Positions 24,842 to 39,279 of a DNA stretch of 64,000 bases are shown piece by piece; position 1 is the first letter of the stretch; every line of letters begins with the position of its first letter. Made by a program: the position numbers and the translations under genes. The stretch comes from Selaginella moellendorffii (taxonomy: Eukaryota; Plantae; Lycopodiophyta): NCBI RefSeq assembly GCF_000143415.4, contig NW_003314263.1:409114-473113 (forward strand), in the 5' to 3' direction. Under the pieces are notes generated by a model that saw only the letters and a program-made list of their open reading frames with translations, had not been told where the DNA came from and made no database searches.

Positions 24842-26385
24842 ATGGATCTAGCACTTGCTGTCAGTTTTGGAATTTTCATCGCTCTCTGGGGCTTGTGGCT
24901 CTTGAAAGCTCATTCAAATCTTCCACCAAGTCCATGGGGATTGCCCCTGATTGGCCACTTACACTTGCAGGAATGCCCCCGCACAAAGCATTGCAACGCA
25001 TGGCCAACAAGTATGGTCCTATTATTTCCTTGAGGTTGGGAATGATCCCAACTGTGGTGATCTCCAGCCCGGAGCTTGCCAAGGAGGTGGTCACCACACA
25101 TGATCTAAATTTTGCTTACAGGCCGTACATGGTTTTCCGCGAGTATTTCAGTTATAGCTCTGTCGGACTTGTAAGTAGTCCCCATGGAAAGCTATGGCGA
25201 AACACCCGCAAGCTGTGTACAACGGAGCTCTTCACGGCCCACGTATCGACTCTTTCTCTTGGGTCAGAAGGGAGGAGCTCTCGCGTGCCTTGGAGGGGAT
25301 TTTGAAGGCTCATGGCAATGACAAGCCTGTGGAGGTGAGAAAAGTGGCCAGTGTTTTCACCTTCAACATCACATCACGAATTGTGATGAGCAAGAGGTAC
25401 TTTGGTGACGAAAACGTGGATGCTGATGCCATGGAATTCAAGGAGCTCAATGACAATGTTCTTGAGCCATCAATCCCTGTCTTAGCAACTTGGTGCCTTG
25501 GTACCTGAGATGGCTGGACTGGCAGATCCCTCGGTACAAGCGAATCCATGCCAAGCAAGACAAGTTCTTGCAAAAGATCGTTGACGAGCACAAGGAGACA
25601 ACACGAAAATGCAAGGACTTCCTTGATATCATGCTTGACTTCTTTGGAGCAGGGACACAAGGGGAGACTTATGTGAAGGCAAACCTCATGGTAACCCGTG
25701 CAAAACTTTTCCATATTGCTGCTAACAGGTATTTCTATGACAAATGCAGGAGATGTTAATTGGTGGAACTTATACCACCAGCACTGCAAGTGAGTGGCTC
25801 ATAGCTGTATTGATGCACGATCCTCGAGTCATGGCCAAGCTCCGCGAGGGGCTCGACAGGGTTGTGGGCAACACTCGGATGGTGCAAGAGTCGGACCTCC
25901 CAAAGCTCGAATATCTCCAGCTCGTGCTCAAGGAGACATTGAGACGCTATCCTCCGGGTGCCATAATTATGCCGCACATCTCAAGCCAAGCATCCAACGT
26001 TGGCGGCTTTCACGTTCCAAAAGGGACCACTCTCCTGGTGAATTCATGGGCGATTGGAATGGATCCGGCAGTATGGGAGAATCCCACACAATTCCACCCG
26101 GAGCGCTTCTTGGGGAGCTCCATCGACGTCAAAGGCCAAAACTTTGAGCTCCTCCCGTTTGGATCCGGCCGTAGAAAGTGTCCAGGAATGGCCATGGGAT
26201 TGCGAGCAGTGGAGCTTTTCGTGGCGAATCTTATCCATGGATTCGACTGGAGCTTTGTGCCCGGGACAATGCCGTCCATGGAAGATGTTTTTCGCAGTGC
26301 TATTCAGCTCAAGACCCCATTGCAAGCCATGGCAAGTCCAAGGTTCCCAAAGGATGTCTACATCAATCAGACATCACATCTTTAG
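24842..26385 (+). pseudogene. Cytochrome P450 copy 2, frameshifted
   Basis: Near-identical to 9900-11452 but with 4-bp (~24968), 1-bp (~25241) and 4-bp (~25468) deletions. First frame stops at 25033. I-helix GGTDT changed to GGTYT. Same intron at 25691-25749. Confidence 0.9.
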
Positions 26386-28790
26386 TCACCATGGACTTCA
26401 CTACAAATAAATTCTACTCAATGCTGGCTAGACTTGCGTCTCTCCCACTCCACAATGTGATATATAGATCGGAGAAATCTTGGTTGTCCCAGCAATATAT
26501 ACATTGTCAGATCCAAATTCCAAGGAGAGTGGAGAACCGCCATTTGAAGGTCTAGTGTAGCCTCGGTCCTGACAAGACGATCTTTCCAACCACGCAAAAG
26601 TTTTGATCGTGCATTTCTAGTCACGTTGTATCCCCTTTGCCCAGCCGAGCTTGATCACGTGTTGAAGACCAGGCCACTGGTCAAACATAATCACAATTTA
26701 CGGTCAAGGATGGTCAAAATTTGGTCGTCCTTGAAAAAAAGCAAATATTGGAAAGTCTACCTCCGACTGAGAACATTCTAGGACTTGAGAGACGTTCTCA
26801 GGTGTCCAGTTTGCCTTGAGTTCGTCCCAGGCACGTCTTGCAGTGGCTCCAGGGCTGCTGATTGTCTCCAGGTCCCTGCTCTCTGCCACAGCCTTGTGGA
26901 GCAGCATCCAGCTTCCATTTTGGAGCTTCCAGCAGAGTAAGATGGTGTGGCGTGCTTGAGATGAAAAAATATCAATGCTAATATTTGCTCACTTAAGAAA
27001 TAATTAGAGTCCCCTAATGTGTTTTCTTATTTCATTTGTTAGCTCTTAAAAACGTATTAAGCACTGATACAAATTAACCTTTTTAAAAATTATAATATTT
27101 TAAAATTTTATCAACTATAAAATCCCAAAGAAAACCAATTGTTTGCTAAGTGTAGCAATTTTTTTTCATTTGAGAAAAGAATTAGATTAATCTTGGAATG
27201 AGTTTAGTAGAATTGTTAAATGAAATAATTGTTAGTATGAGCATCAATTTCTTCTCTTTCTATTGTAAATAAGTTCTTAAACAGTTGCTGCCCAAATTCC
27301 AACAATAAATCTTACCAAGAGTTATTATGTGATATGGCTAGCAAAAACAAATGGTTCTAAATATGTATATTTATCTAAAGTTTATTGGAATGACTTGGTC
27401 ATTTCTATCCTACAAAAATCCTTTATGCATGCTTATATAAAAGGCTAGGTTATAGAAAATGGACTAAATCTTGATAATTTGTTGGCATATTTATCTACTA
27501 CAAAATTGATACAACTTCCTAGTCACAAGCTCACCAGTTTTAAGATTCTTAGTTAGTTTTGTTGTAGATCAAATTTCAACATCATTTAAAGTTAAATCTA
27601 CGGTCAAGTGTTTTGTTTAGATTGGTAGAAAATTATATGGTAAAAAGATTACTATAGGAACTCTATGCACTCTAGCATTTTGTTTTTGGGGATGATAGCA
27701 ATATAGTGATCTTTCATAACACTGTGATCAATTCATATGGTTTTGTCCAATAGAAATTTTACACATAGTCTATTGTAGTATAGATTATCCAAAAATCAAA
27801 ATATATACCACATACTTGACTAGTTGAAGAAGAGATGAATTTGACGAATTTAGAGTTTTAAAATTTGGTTAAAATAGGTTTTAGATTTGAAGAGAACACT
27901 TTACAACCACAACCATAGGCTCAATCTCAACATTATTCTCAAGAAGTTTTAAAAACAAGAAATAACAAATGTCTAAAGATTACAAATACTTTATCAAAGG
28001 AAGCAAAAATAGCGTACTCAAAAGTATTATAGTTGAAGGTAGAAATTAAGAGTGTTAACATCAAGTAGCAATATTATCATCACGAATATACAATTCTTAG
28101 TTATGAAATTGATATTATAAATAGGAAGGTTTATAACATTACAATCAACTAATTCTCAAGTTGTATTTGCCTATACTTCTTTTAATATCAAATTTATGAT
28201 AAGTCTTTTATCCCTTGCAAGCATATGTATTTTGTATATTAAATGCTTCTTGGGATTGATCCAAATATTAACTTTGGATTCATCACTTTGTAATATCTGA
28301 ATATGAGATGTTCATGACATTGAAAAAGAATTAGATATTGGTATTATATTTGAATATAATATAAGATAAATATCTTTTTATTTAAAAGTTACATCTAAAA
28401 TAACATATGGCATTTCTTATAATAGAGATTTTATGTAATAATAATAAATTTATTATAAATATACATTATATATTAGTGGATGCTTACTTAAAATAATTAT
28501 TATAAATAATAAATATTAAACATTAAAATAATAATTTTTTCTGTAAATAAGTTGATAATGCAAAGCCTCTATTAAATAGCAACTACTGCTACTAAGTTTA
28601 GCTGCTGGTAGTTTACACAAATCTAAATATTATTAAAATTACTACCTATTTAATAAAAATATTGCCACAAAATCTTAACAAAATACTTTGATGTGCCAAA
28701 ATATTCTTAAAATATTCTTGTCAACGGCAATAGCTCCCTTGACTCGCTCCCTAGATCCTCATTTATCTGGGAAGACCTGCAAGCACGAGT

Positions 28791-29333
28791 ATGGCTAAAC
28801 TCATCCAGATCCTTGTAGTGGTAGTTTTCTTTGCAGCAAGTTCTTGCGCGGCAACGGATTCTAGCAGTCACTTTGCAAAGTGCACTGAAGTTATTAGCTT
28901 CTACCTCCATGATCTCTTCTTCCCAACGCCTGGGGTGAATGTCACCACGGCAATTGTTCTTCCAGGCACGAACAACGCCACCATGTTTGGAATGGTGGCC
29001 ATCATCGATGACAAGCTGACAGAAGGCCCCTCGATCGACTCCAAGCTCGTGGGAAGAGCCAAAGGAATATTAGCATTCGATTCTATCAGCAACATCAGCC
29101 TCCTGGCAAGCATCACCCTGGAGCTCGAGGGGCGAGATGGAAACATCAATCTACTGGGCCAGAACCGCGCTCTGGATCCGCAGAGGGAGATTTCAATCGT
29201 GGGAGGAAGTGGAGAATTTAGATTTGTTCAAGGATTTGCAACACTGAGAACGCATTCTCGCGAGCCTTACGGCACCAAGGTCTTTTGGCAGGTGTATGTG
29301 ATCAAACTGTGGGACTGCGTGTTCAACTCCTAG
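28791..29333 (+). CDS. Dirigent protein, copy 2 (180 aa, intact ORF)
   Basis: Highly similar inverted paralog of 8503-9051, with an FYLHD motif. Confidence 0.9.
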   Translation: MAKLIQILVVVVFFAASSCAATDSSSHFAKCTEVISFYLHDLFFPTPGVNVTTAIVLPGTNNATMFGMVAIIDDKLTEGPSIDSKLVGRAKGILAFDSISNISLLASITLELEGRDGNINLLGQNRALDPQREISIVGGSGEFRFVQGFATLRTHSREPYGTKVFWQVYVIKLWDCVFNS

Positions 29334-30299
29334 GTGTAGAACCGAGATTTCCTGTCCTAAGAAGAATAAGTGAGCATAAATTTTTTCATGTTTTCGCTGG
29401 TGAACCATATTTGTTTATCTCCTGTTTATCTTGCACTTTGTGCCTTGATATGGAATTTGGCAAGCCGGTCTTTTTGCCTAAAGTTGGACAAGGAGCTTGC
29501 ATGAAAGCAAAACTCAAAATAAAGAATTGCATTGATCTTCCATAGCAATGTCCCTTTGGCCAAGGCGTGTGCCTTCTAGGTACATGAGGTCTCTCAGGCG
29601 AAAACTTTTAATCTTCTATTCCTGTGAATCTCTAGGACCAAGAGCGCCTTCTTGCCTTTGGATCCCGGGGATTGCAAACTCCGCGTAGAGATTGTTGGCG
29701 CCCTAGGGAATGAGAGCGTCCCCTTTCGGGGACTGGGCGCCTTCCCTGGTTTTGAACAAAATCTAAAAGAATAACATCCATCTTGCTTTGTTGGCTTATG
29801 TGCTAGATGTCATGTAGTCTTTCTTGCGTTTCGCCCCTCTCAGACGTGAATGTAGGGCGTTGACCTAGCCCGCACGACTTGACCATGTGACTTTTCCATT
29901 GGTTGCTTGTTCTTCGTCAAGGGGTGCTGCCCGCGCTGCAAACAATACCCGGAAGGCCGGTTGCTTGCGACTGGCACAACACTTGTTTTGTCTAGTTCTC
30001 ACTGTCTTTTTCTTCCTCTGAATCTTTCTCCTGCTTTGCCTCCAAATGCCATTTCCTGCAGCGGTGGCGTACTAAACACTCGTTTTGTTGACCAAACACT
30101 AGTGATGGGCCTTAAGGTTCCACGGCAGAGTTCATTGGTACTAATCTGTTTTAATTACTGGGAATGACTACTGTTTGACAAGGAAAAGGAGGCTTGCGAT
30201 TATACTAACGGCCACATGAAAGCTTGTTCAAATTCAAAGTGTCATAAAAACAAGTAATATTTATTCTTCTACAAAAGGAATTCTCCAGGGAAGAAAGTA

Positions 30300-30570
30300 T
30301 GTGGGAAGAGCCAAGGGAATGCTAGTGTTTGATTCTATCAGCAACATTAGCCTCCTGGTGAGCATGACCCTGGAGTTCGAGGGCAAGATGAAAACATCAA
30401 TCTGCTAGGCCAGAACCACGCTCTCGATCCGGATTTCAATCGTGGGAGGAAGTGGAGAGTTTAGATTTTCTGGAGGGTTTGCAACGCTGAGACTGCATTC
30501 TCTCGAGCCTTACGGCACGAAGGTCTTCTACCAGTTGTATGTGACCGGAGTGCTTGTACAAATCCTAGGT
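30300..30570 (+). pseudogene. Dirigent relic 3 (C-terminal half, deletions)
   Basis: VGRAKGMLVFDSISNISLLVSMTLE...SIVGGSGEFRFSGGFATLRLHSLEPYGTKVFYQLYV, with frameshifts. Confidence 0.8.
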
Positions 30571-31119
30571 GTAGAATCGAGATCTCCTCTCATGAGACAA
30601 ATTAAAAAAGCACCACATAATACCATAACAGTTTCAAGATTGCCACAAGTTACTCCTTGATGTGGAGCAAGTATTGTTGCAGCTCCACGTTGATGATCAA
30701 TCAGCAGTAACTTGCTCCACGATTGATCAAGGAACCACTAGATGTTGCGCAAAACATACAACAATAAATTATGCTCAACTCTCCATGTCCCTAGTCCCCT
30801 ATAAAGAGGAGATAAATGCTCACATGAATCTAATTGGGCACAACGGTACTAATAGTCTTCATGTAGGTTCCCTCTTGCCTATAGTATATGTTATATCATT
30901 GTATAGTCGGTTTCATGCATTTATTCTCCCAGCTAAGCATGAGGCTAGAGGGTTGACAAGTAAGTTGTCTGGATGAGCAAAGTTGTAATGAATTTTGCTG
31001 TTTCAATGACTTAGAATGAGTCGATATACACACAAAGTCTTACCTCAGATGGTTTGTCTTCATCATCATTGCTTTAAGAATTGTCCCAGGAGACATAAGC
31101 TTTTATAATTGCATACACA

Positions 31120-31425
31120 CTTACTCTTCCTCCCAACGCCCGAGTGAATGTCGCCACTTCCAGGCACGATCAACGCCACCATGTTTGGAATGGTGTCCAG
31201 ACAAGCTGACACAAACCCCCTCGATCGGCTCCAAGCTCGTGGGAAGAGTAGTGTTTGCTTCTATCAGCAACATCAGCCTCCTGGTGTCGGGCTAGATGAA
31301 CGCATCATGGACCAGAACCACGCTCTGGGATGGGAGGCTGAGAACGCATTCTCTCGAGCCTTACAGCTCCAAGATCTTCTTCCAGTTTATGTGACCATAC
31401 TGTGGGAGTGCTTGTTCAAATCTCC
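31120..31425 (+). pseudogene. Dirigent relic 4 (many internal deletions)
   Basis: Colinear patches of DIR DNA: CCAGGCACGA.CAACGCCACCATGTTTGGAATGGTG, CCAAGCTCGTGGGAAGAG, CTGAGAACGCATTCTC.CGAGCCTTAC. Confidence 0.75.
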
Positions 31426-31656
31426 ACTTCTAGAGGAATAAAGGCGTATGATCCACAGAAGTTTGTTTCCATAACATGTCCAAGATTGCTACTAACGTTA
31501 GATCAAGGAAGTTTTAGATTTAATGCTTATTTACTCATGAGAGTCAGAGATGTGCATTGTAACTTTTATTCACGAACAAAACAGTACTACGTACATATTT
31601 TTCCCCATTAATGTCGCTTGGCAATGTATTTGATACATTAAGAATGCATCACAAGT

Positions 31657-32532
31657 TTATAAACACTTGAGGAACTTTGTCCAGCCAATGTGAATCCCTT
31701 GGACCAAGAGCGCCTCCAGTTCCACCGGATGCTCGCCACTCTTGTTCTTCCCTTGTTGCATCACTTGGAAGCACTTAAGGTACACACTCTTGTCCACAAA
31801 CCTTGGAGGATCCCAGGGATTGAAAACGTCATCGCCGCCAAGGGGCGCATAGAGATTGTTGGCGGCCCAGGGAACGATGGAGGCAAGCAAGTAGGCCACC
31901 AAAAGCCTACCCACGCGTCCATTCCCATCCCTGAACGGGTGGACACTCTCAAACCTGTAAAAAAAGGCGGCGCTGATGCTCACCACCTTTGCAACCCTGA
32001 GCTTGGGATCTGCTGCAAATGCCTCCTTGAGGGATTTGTTGGTAGATGACACTAGCTGCTCGAGAGCCGCCGGGATCTTCTTAGGATCCATGTAGACATG
32101 CTTGCGTTTCTCTGTGGTCAATGTCCAGGCCTCGCCCCTCCGGAACTCCCCCGCGTCGACCTCGTCCTTGGTATTCTCCCCAAGCATCTTATGGATCTGG
32201 AGAATCTTTTCGAAATCTAGGCGTGGAACTTTCTCGGCCTTAGCCAGAGCGTTGACCCAGCACAGGCATTTGTAAAGGTTGAGCGTTGACGTGAGCTTTG
32301 GTTTTTTGTCACCGCCAAAGCCGTCAAGCGCAAAGGACTTTGTCTGGTCGTACTGGTTAATGGCATCACTGACCTCTTGCAGTGTATCGAGCCCTTCGCC
32401 CTCGATGTGTGCCACTTGGAACACAAACTCTTTCACCATTGCTCTGCCTTGCTTGAGTGCGCCACTCTTCTTCTTCTCAGGCAGTGATTCATACCTTGAC
32501 ACGCACTTCTCAATGCTCTTGATCATCGCCAT
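31657..32532 (-). CDS. Fic/Fido-domain protein (class II-like AMP-transferase), 291 aa, intronless
   Basis: Canonical catalytic motif HPFRDGNGRVGR, upstream ILQIHKML...AGEFR element, and N-terminal inhibitory-helix-like FQVAHIEG. TATATAAA on the minus strand at ~32646-32653. Confidence 0.9.
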   Translation of the reverse strand: MAMIKSIEKCVSRYESLPEKKKSGALKQGRAMVKEFVFQVAHIEGEGLDTLQEVSDAINQYDQTKSFALDGFGGDKKPKLTSTLNLYKCLCWVNALAKAEKVPRLDFEKILQIHKMLGENTKDEVDAGEFRRGEAWTLTTEKRKHVYMDPKKIPAALEQLVSSTNKSLKEAFAADPKLRVAKVVSISAAFFYRFESVHPFRDGNGRVGRLLVAYLLASIVPWAANNLYAPLGGDDVFNPWDPPRFVDKSVYLKCFQVMQQGKNKSGEHPVELEALLVQGIHIGWTKFLKCL

Positions 32533-32888
32533 TGTAAAAAAGGATGTCCTAGAGCCCTAGTTTCGAACCCGCGATTTACTGACCAACCAACGGTAGCGGT
32601 TGGACGGTAGTGACTGGACGGCGGCGATCAAAGCACATTAAGGAGTTTATATACCTTTTTGGATTGCAATGCTTTCTATACCAAAAAAGAACTTACAGAT
32701 TAAAAAAACCTTTTGATCGCATAAAAACTTTAAGCAGTGAAAGAATCTGTTTGGAAAGATCGTTCTTCCTCTAGAGTCCTGTGGACTCACTTTTCTTACC
32801 GTGTGTTCTTCGTGCCAAGGAACATCCACTTACGCCTTGGAAGATCGAGCCAAAATAACTTCGCCGCGTGATCTTTGTCTCTCGACTG

Positions 32889-35157
32889 TCACGAAGTTCC
32901 CGACGTCCCGGACGATTCACCAGTGTTGTAATCCACCGGCTTGATCACACCCCCGGAGCCTTCAATGTATTGAATCCTCTTGCCATGGTTGACCTGATCG
33001 GAGGACGATTGAAACGCCCTGCTTATTCTCCTCAACCAGATATCATAGTCCGCCGGGTATGGAGTCCCGATCAAGCTATCGATGTAGTCCGCATAGGCCT
33101 TGAGCACCGTCGAGATCTCCCCGAGCAAGAGCTGGAAAGTTCTCAAAGCCCAAGCCCGCTCTCTCCACTGGAGCGCGGCCTCCAAGCTCTCAAACTCCGG
33201 CATACTCCCACCGACGAGGAAGTAGAGCAGATAGACGAGGCTCTCGGCGTCGGCGGCCGGGCACAGCTTCCCCTCCTGCAGCGCGTAAGTCGACGAGTAG
33301 CGAGGAGATATCGCGGGACTGTCCCGGTCTTCCAGCACTGCCCGGCCCCAGTCGATGAGAACGTAGAAGTAGTCTCCATCACCTTTCACCCGGATCACTC
33401 GCTGAGGGCTGATATCCCCGTGCTGGATCCCCGCGGACCCAGCGCTGCGCAGCGCCGAGAGCAAATCGTGGCAGCACCTGAGAGTTTCCACCGCCGAGAG
33501 CCAGCCGTGCTTGGCCACCACTATGTCCAGCGGCTCCCCAACTGGAGACGTGACCAGCACCGAGATCCCACACCACGGATGATCGCAACGGCCGCCAGGA
33601 CTCTGTTTGGAGCAGGAGCCCGAGTGGAGGATTCGGCCGGACGATACGAGCTGCGGCAAGTACCTGCTGGAGACTCCCCTCTGGCTCATGGTGTTGAGAA
33701 TTCTGGTCTGCCGCTGGACTTGATACCACGTCGTCATGTCCTCCCACGACGGCTCCAGCTGAGAGGGATGCGCTCCAACGTACACGGACAGTAGCTTGTC
33801 ACCTTCGTCCAGGGAGGTTGCGCTGTACATCGAGTACTTCTCGTCTCCTAGGCTGCTTACTATCCGAAAGCCACAGCCGCGTTGCCATTGAGCATCCTCC
33901 AGCCACAGCGTCGACCCCGGCTCCAGCTTCAGTGCTTCAAACTCGCGTATAATCTCCTGTGCTTCGATCTCCTCGATCTCCTGTATCTCATGGCTCGTAA
34001 CTTCTTGCCGGTAAGAATGGTCTATTCCATTCTCCTGGATTTCCAGAAACCGCCGCTCGATCTTCCGCCTGTGCAGCCGCGACCCGTGGTCGCTCGCCAA
34101 CTCGGCCAGCGATCTCTTCGGCGACCCTCTACATTGCTCGATACAATGTAAAGTCGCCAGAATGAGCTGCAAGGCCCCCAAGTCCCCCCAGTTAGCGTTG
34201 CCAAACCTGTTCCATACCTGCTCGACCGAAGAGACCGCTACGTCTGCATGCTGCTCGAGCCAGTCCGTCGCAACCTCATAAGTTAATCCTGCCTTGGTAT
34301 CCAGCTTCGAGATATCCCCACGTAGTCTCATCACCCCACCGCACTTGGAATCCACGAACAAGACGTAGGCCGTGTCCGTGTGCTTTCTCACCGACGGCTT
34401 CTTCTCGGAGTAGAGCCTCGACATGAGCATATGAATCCCATGGAAGAGCGAGCGACCAACGATGGAGCTCACGGCAAACCCAGCGTCTCCTCCAATCTCT
34501 GGCTGGACCTCCACGAATTCCACTATGTGCTCCCACACTGTGTTCATCCCCCTGCCACTTTTCCCAACCAGAGCCACACCGTCCAAGTAGCTCCTCTTCC
34601 CCCGAGGCCCTGTGACGAAGAATGGCATCCGGTCCTCCGAGCTCCACAGCGTCTCCCATAGCGTCTGAGCTATGGTGTGGAGGAAATCCTCCACCGCGAG
34701 GTTTATCTCCGCGGCGATGTTCCCCGAGAGGCCATGCTGCCAGTACGGCATTCGTAGGAGCTGCTGGAAGATCACTCCTTCCAGCGCATAGTCCAGCTGC
34801 TTGAGCTCGTCAAGCTGGAAAGGCTCTTTGAACTGATCTTCCGGATTCCCGAGCTTACCTAACAGCCATTCTTGCGCGTGGGAGGTGAACTCGTCGCAAT
34901 CCACGAAGCGTTTAGCAAAATCTTTGAGCCCAGAGTACTTCACTGTGGAGGCCACGCAATCGCTTAGAGAAAAAAATCGAAGAAATCGAAGAGCTTCTAG
35001 CGCTCACTCACCCGAGGACGCGATTTTTCCGTAACTCCCCTCGCTGTGGCCAGACGATGGAGCATTGATTCTCGCCCTCCGCGCTGCACAGACAAAGCAC
35101 AGCCATGAATATTTCGGGAAATCCCAGCGCACAGAGAGATAATCTACCAGATTTCAT
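32889..35157 (-). CDS. Conserved plant kinase-like protein (large exon 32889-~34960 plus probable small 5' exons ~35012-35083 and 35148-35157)
   Basis: 688-codon ORF with C-terminal kinase fold (IQHGDISP, LIDWG). ATGAAATCTG|GT start exon. Exact 5' splicing uncertain. Confidence 0.8.
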
Positions 35158-37167
35158 CGTGCTGCTCCGATCGTCCAGAGCATTTCCTGCCCCCCTCTAG
35201 CAAAACACTCCCTTGCGAGCCGCCTAGATCACCACGCGCGCAGCGCACAGCTCGATAATCGCCCCTGGAGCCTCTCCCGAGAGGCCAGACCTATTCCTGC
35301 TTCCCCGAGAGAGCGCGCGAGAGAGATTTCGATGCTCCTACGCGCTGCTCGACTGAAATTTCCCATCGCGAGCAAAACCCTAGCGCCTTTGGCCGTGCCC
35401 CGCCCGCCAGCGCCATAGCCGCTCCTCCGAATCGCGCGAACGCATAAAACTAATGCAAATAAGGCAATGACGGGCCAGGGTTTCTTCACCGCACGAGAAT
35501 GAAGTGTACGGCAGGAATAAGTCAATCGCGCGCCAGTGGCCCAAACTGTACAGCACTCCCTCGGTATTTATGAGCTCTCTAACAGAGGAATCTGGGAAGC
35601 AATAAACGAAGCCTCTAAAATCACCAAGAACCTTTAAATCCCCACACTGGCCGTTTAATTCCCAGGTGGGATTTCTTTGCGTCCTCGCTAAGCAAGAACA
35701 CGCGCATCAATCCATCCAATCCAACTCCAATCGTTCTTGTCACGCGAAGGAGCGATTTTCTTTGGCTTGCTCGCTCTGTAGCACACAATCACACATTAAC
35801 CGAGAGAGAGAAAAAAAAAAAAGTTCTTGGATCTTACGTGCATGTTGGTTGCTCGAATGATGGGGAATAATCTTTCCTGCGTCTCGATCATCGTCTCGAT
35901 CCCTGCTGGTTTTGAGGGTTTTAAAATGTGTTTGGAGGAAGGCCCCGCGATTTTATTTCTTCCAAGGCAGCGGCACTGTTTGTGTGGAGCTAGCTTCCAA
36001 TTCAATACGCCCCACAGAGAGGACAAGGTGTACAGCCGTGCGAAGAAATTTCGTTTTGTACCTTCAAAAGCGAGAGACCACTGGAATTAAGTACCTTTTC
36101 TTCTTCCCGAAACAAAATACCTGAGCGAGACGACGATCTCACCTCAGCTTTAAAGTCGTCATTACGGAGTTGGATCCACGCACAAGGCGGATGATGCAAA
36201 CGCAGTGCTTTCTTCTGTAAGCAGGGAATACATGTTTAGAGCAATCGACAAAGCCACATAAATCAAAGACCGACCTGTGGCCTTCTTCTTTCGTCTGGAC
36301 GTGTGAATGCTGATTGAGAGCTCTGGAAAAAGACCCCAAAGGTAAGTCAGATAGACACAAGCAGTCACAGGCAGGCCAACAACACCACCCAAGCAGTCCG
36401 TCGACTCAACCATTTAAGAAAAAAAGCCAACAAAAAGACCGGAAATGAGTCGCTGTCCTTCCTGGGCCTGCCTAATGAATATCACGCTCACGATCCACAT
36501 CATGCCACGCTGGTGGAGGTTTTACTTCCACATAAAATGCAAAAGAGGGAGAGAAATCACTCACATAGGATGCGTGCCACCTTTTCTTTTTACTTTTCTT
36601 TTTCTTTGTTTCTCGTTCCAGCGCCCACCCTTTCGTACTGTTAAGTTCTCGAGTCCCGAGTTGAAAAACCTTTTGTCAGCTCCATCGGAGGCTGAGAAAT
36701 CCAAGTCAGATAATTCAATAACAAAGAAAAGCGCATGCACCTGCATCAGCAGCCTTCGTCCAGGCTACTCATTCCTCCATCGAGCCGAGAAAGGGTCCGA
36801 AGTCACTTCTTCTAGGCAGATATAAGAGTTTTCTAACCGGAACAGCGTGGGCCACTTGTGGAAGCCTTGCCAGCACCTACAAGAGGAATGTCAAGCTTTC
36901 AACAACATAGACAATCATAGAAAAGTAAAGAAAGGTACCATTTCATATTCAGGAGCACTGGTTTTTCTTCTGTAGCATGCACTAGAAGACACGAAACCAA
37001 GTTGACCAATGTAGCACACCATGTTCATGAGTAGGCAGTACCAAGAATTTGGAAGTAGAGCGAGTATGACGTTAGTCATACCAAGCCTCAAAGCTTTTTT
37101 ATTTGCGCGGGATATACCTGGAGCCAAGCCGATGGAAATATATGTAGTCCTACTCATCTAACCTGTT

Positions 37168-39279
<2,112 letters not shown>

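Noticed and set aside
31657-32532. Bacterial contamination or toxin-antitoxin operon explanation for Fic
   Set aside because: It is contiguous with intron-containing plant genes, has a decayed local paralog and a TATA box, and has no adjacent antitoxin ORF (the inhibitory motif is in cis).
32868-33794. 308-aa plus-strand ORF
   Set aside because: Antisense shadow of the GC-rich kinase-like exon; no recognisable motifs.
36450-36475. SRP helix-8-like CAGGCCCAGGAAGGACAGC on the minus strand
   Set aside because: The stem around GGAA and the AGCAG side do not fit the SRP consensus.
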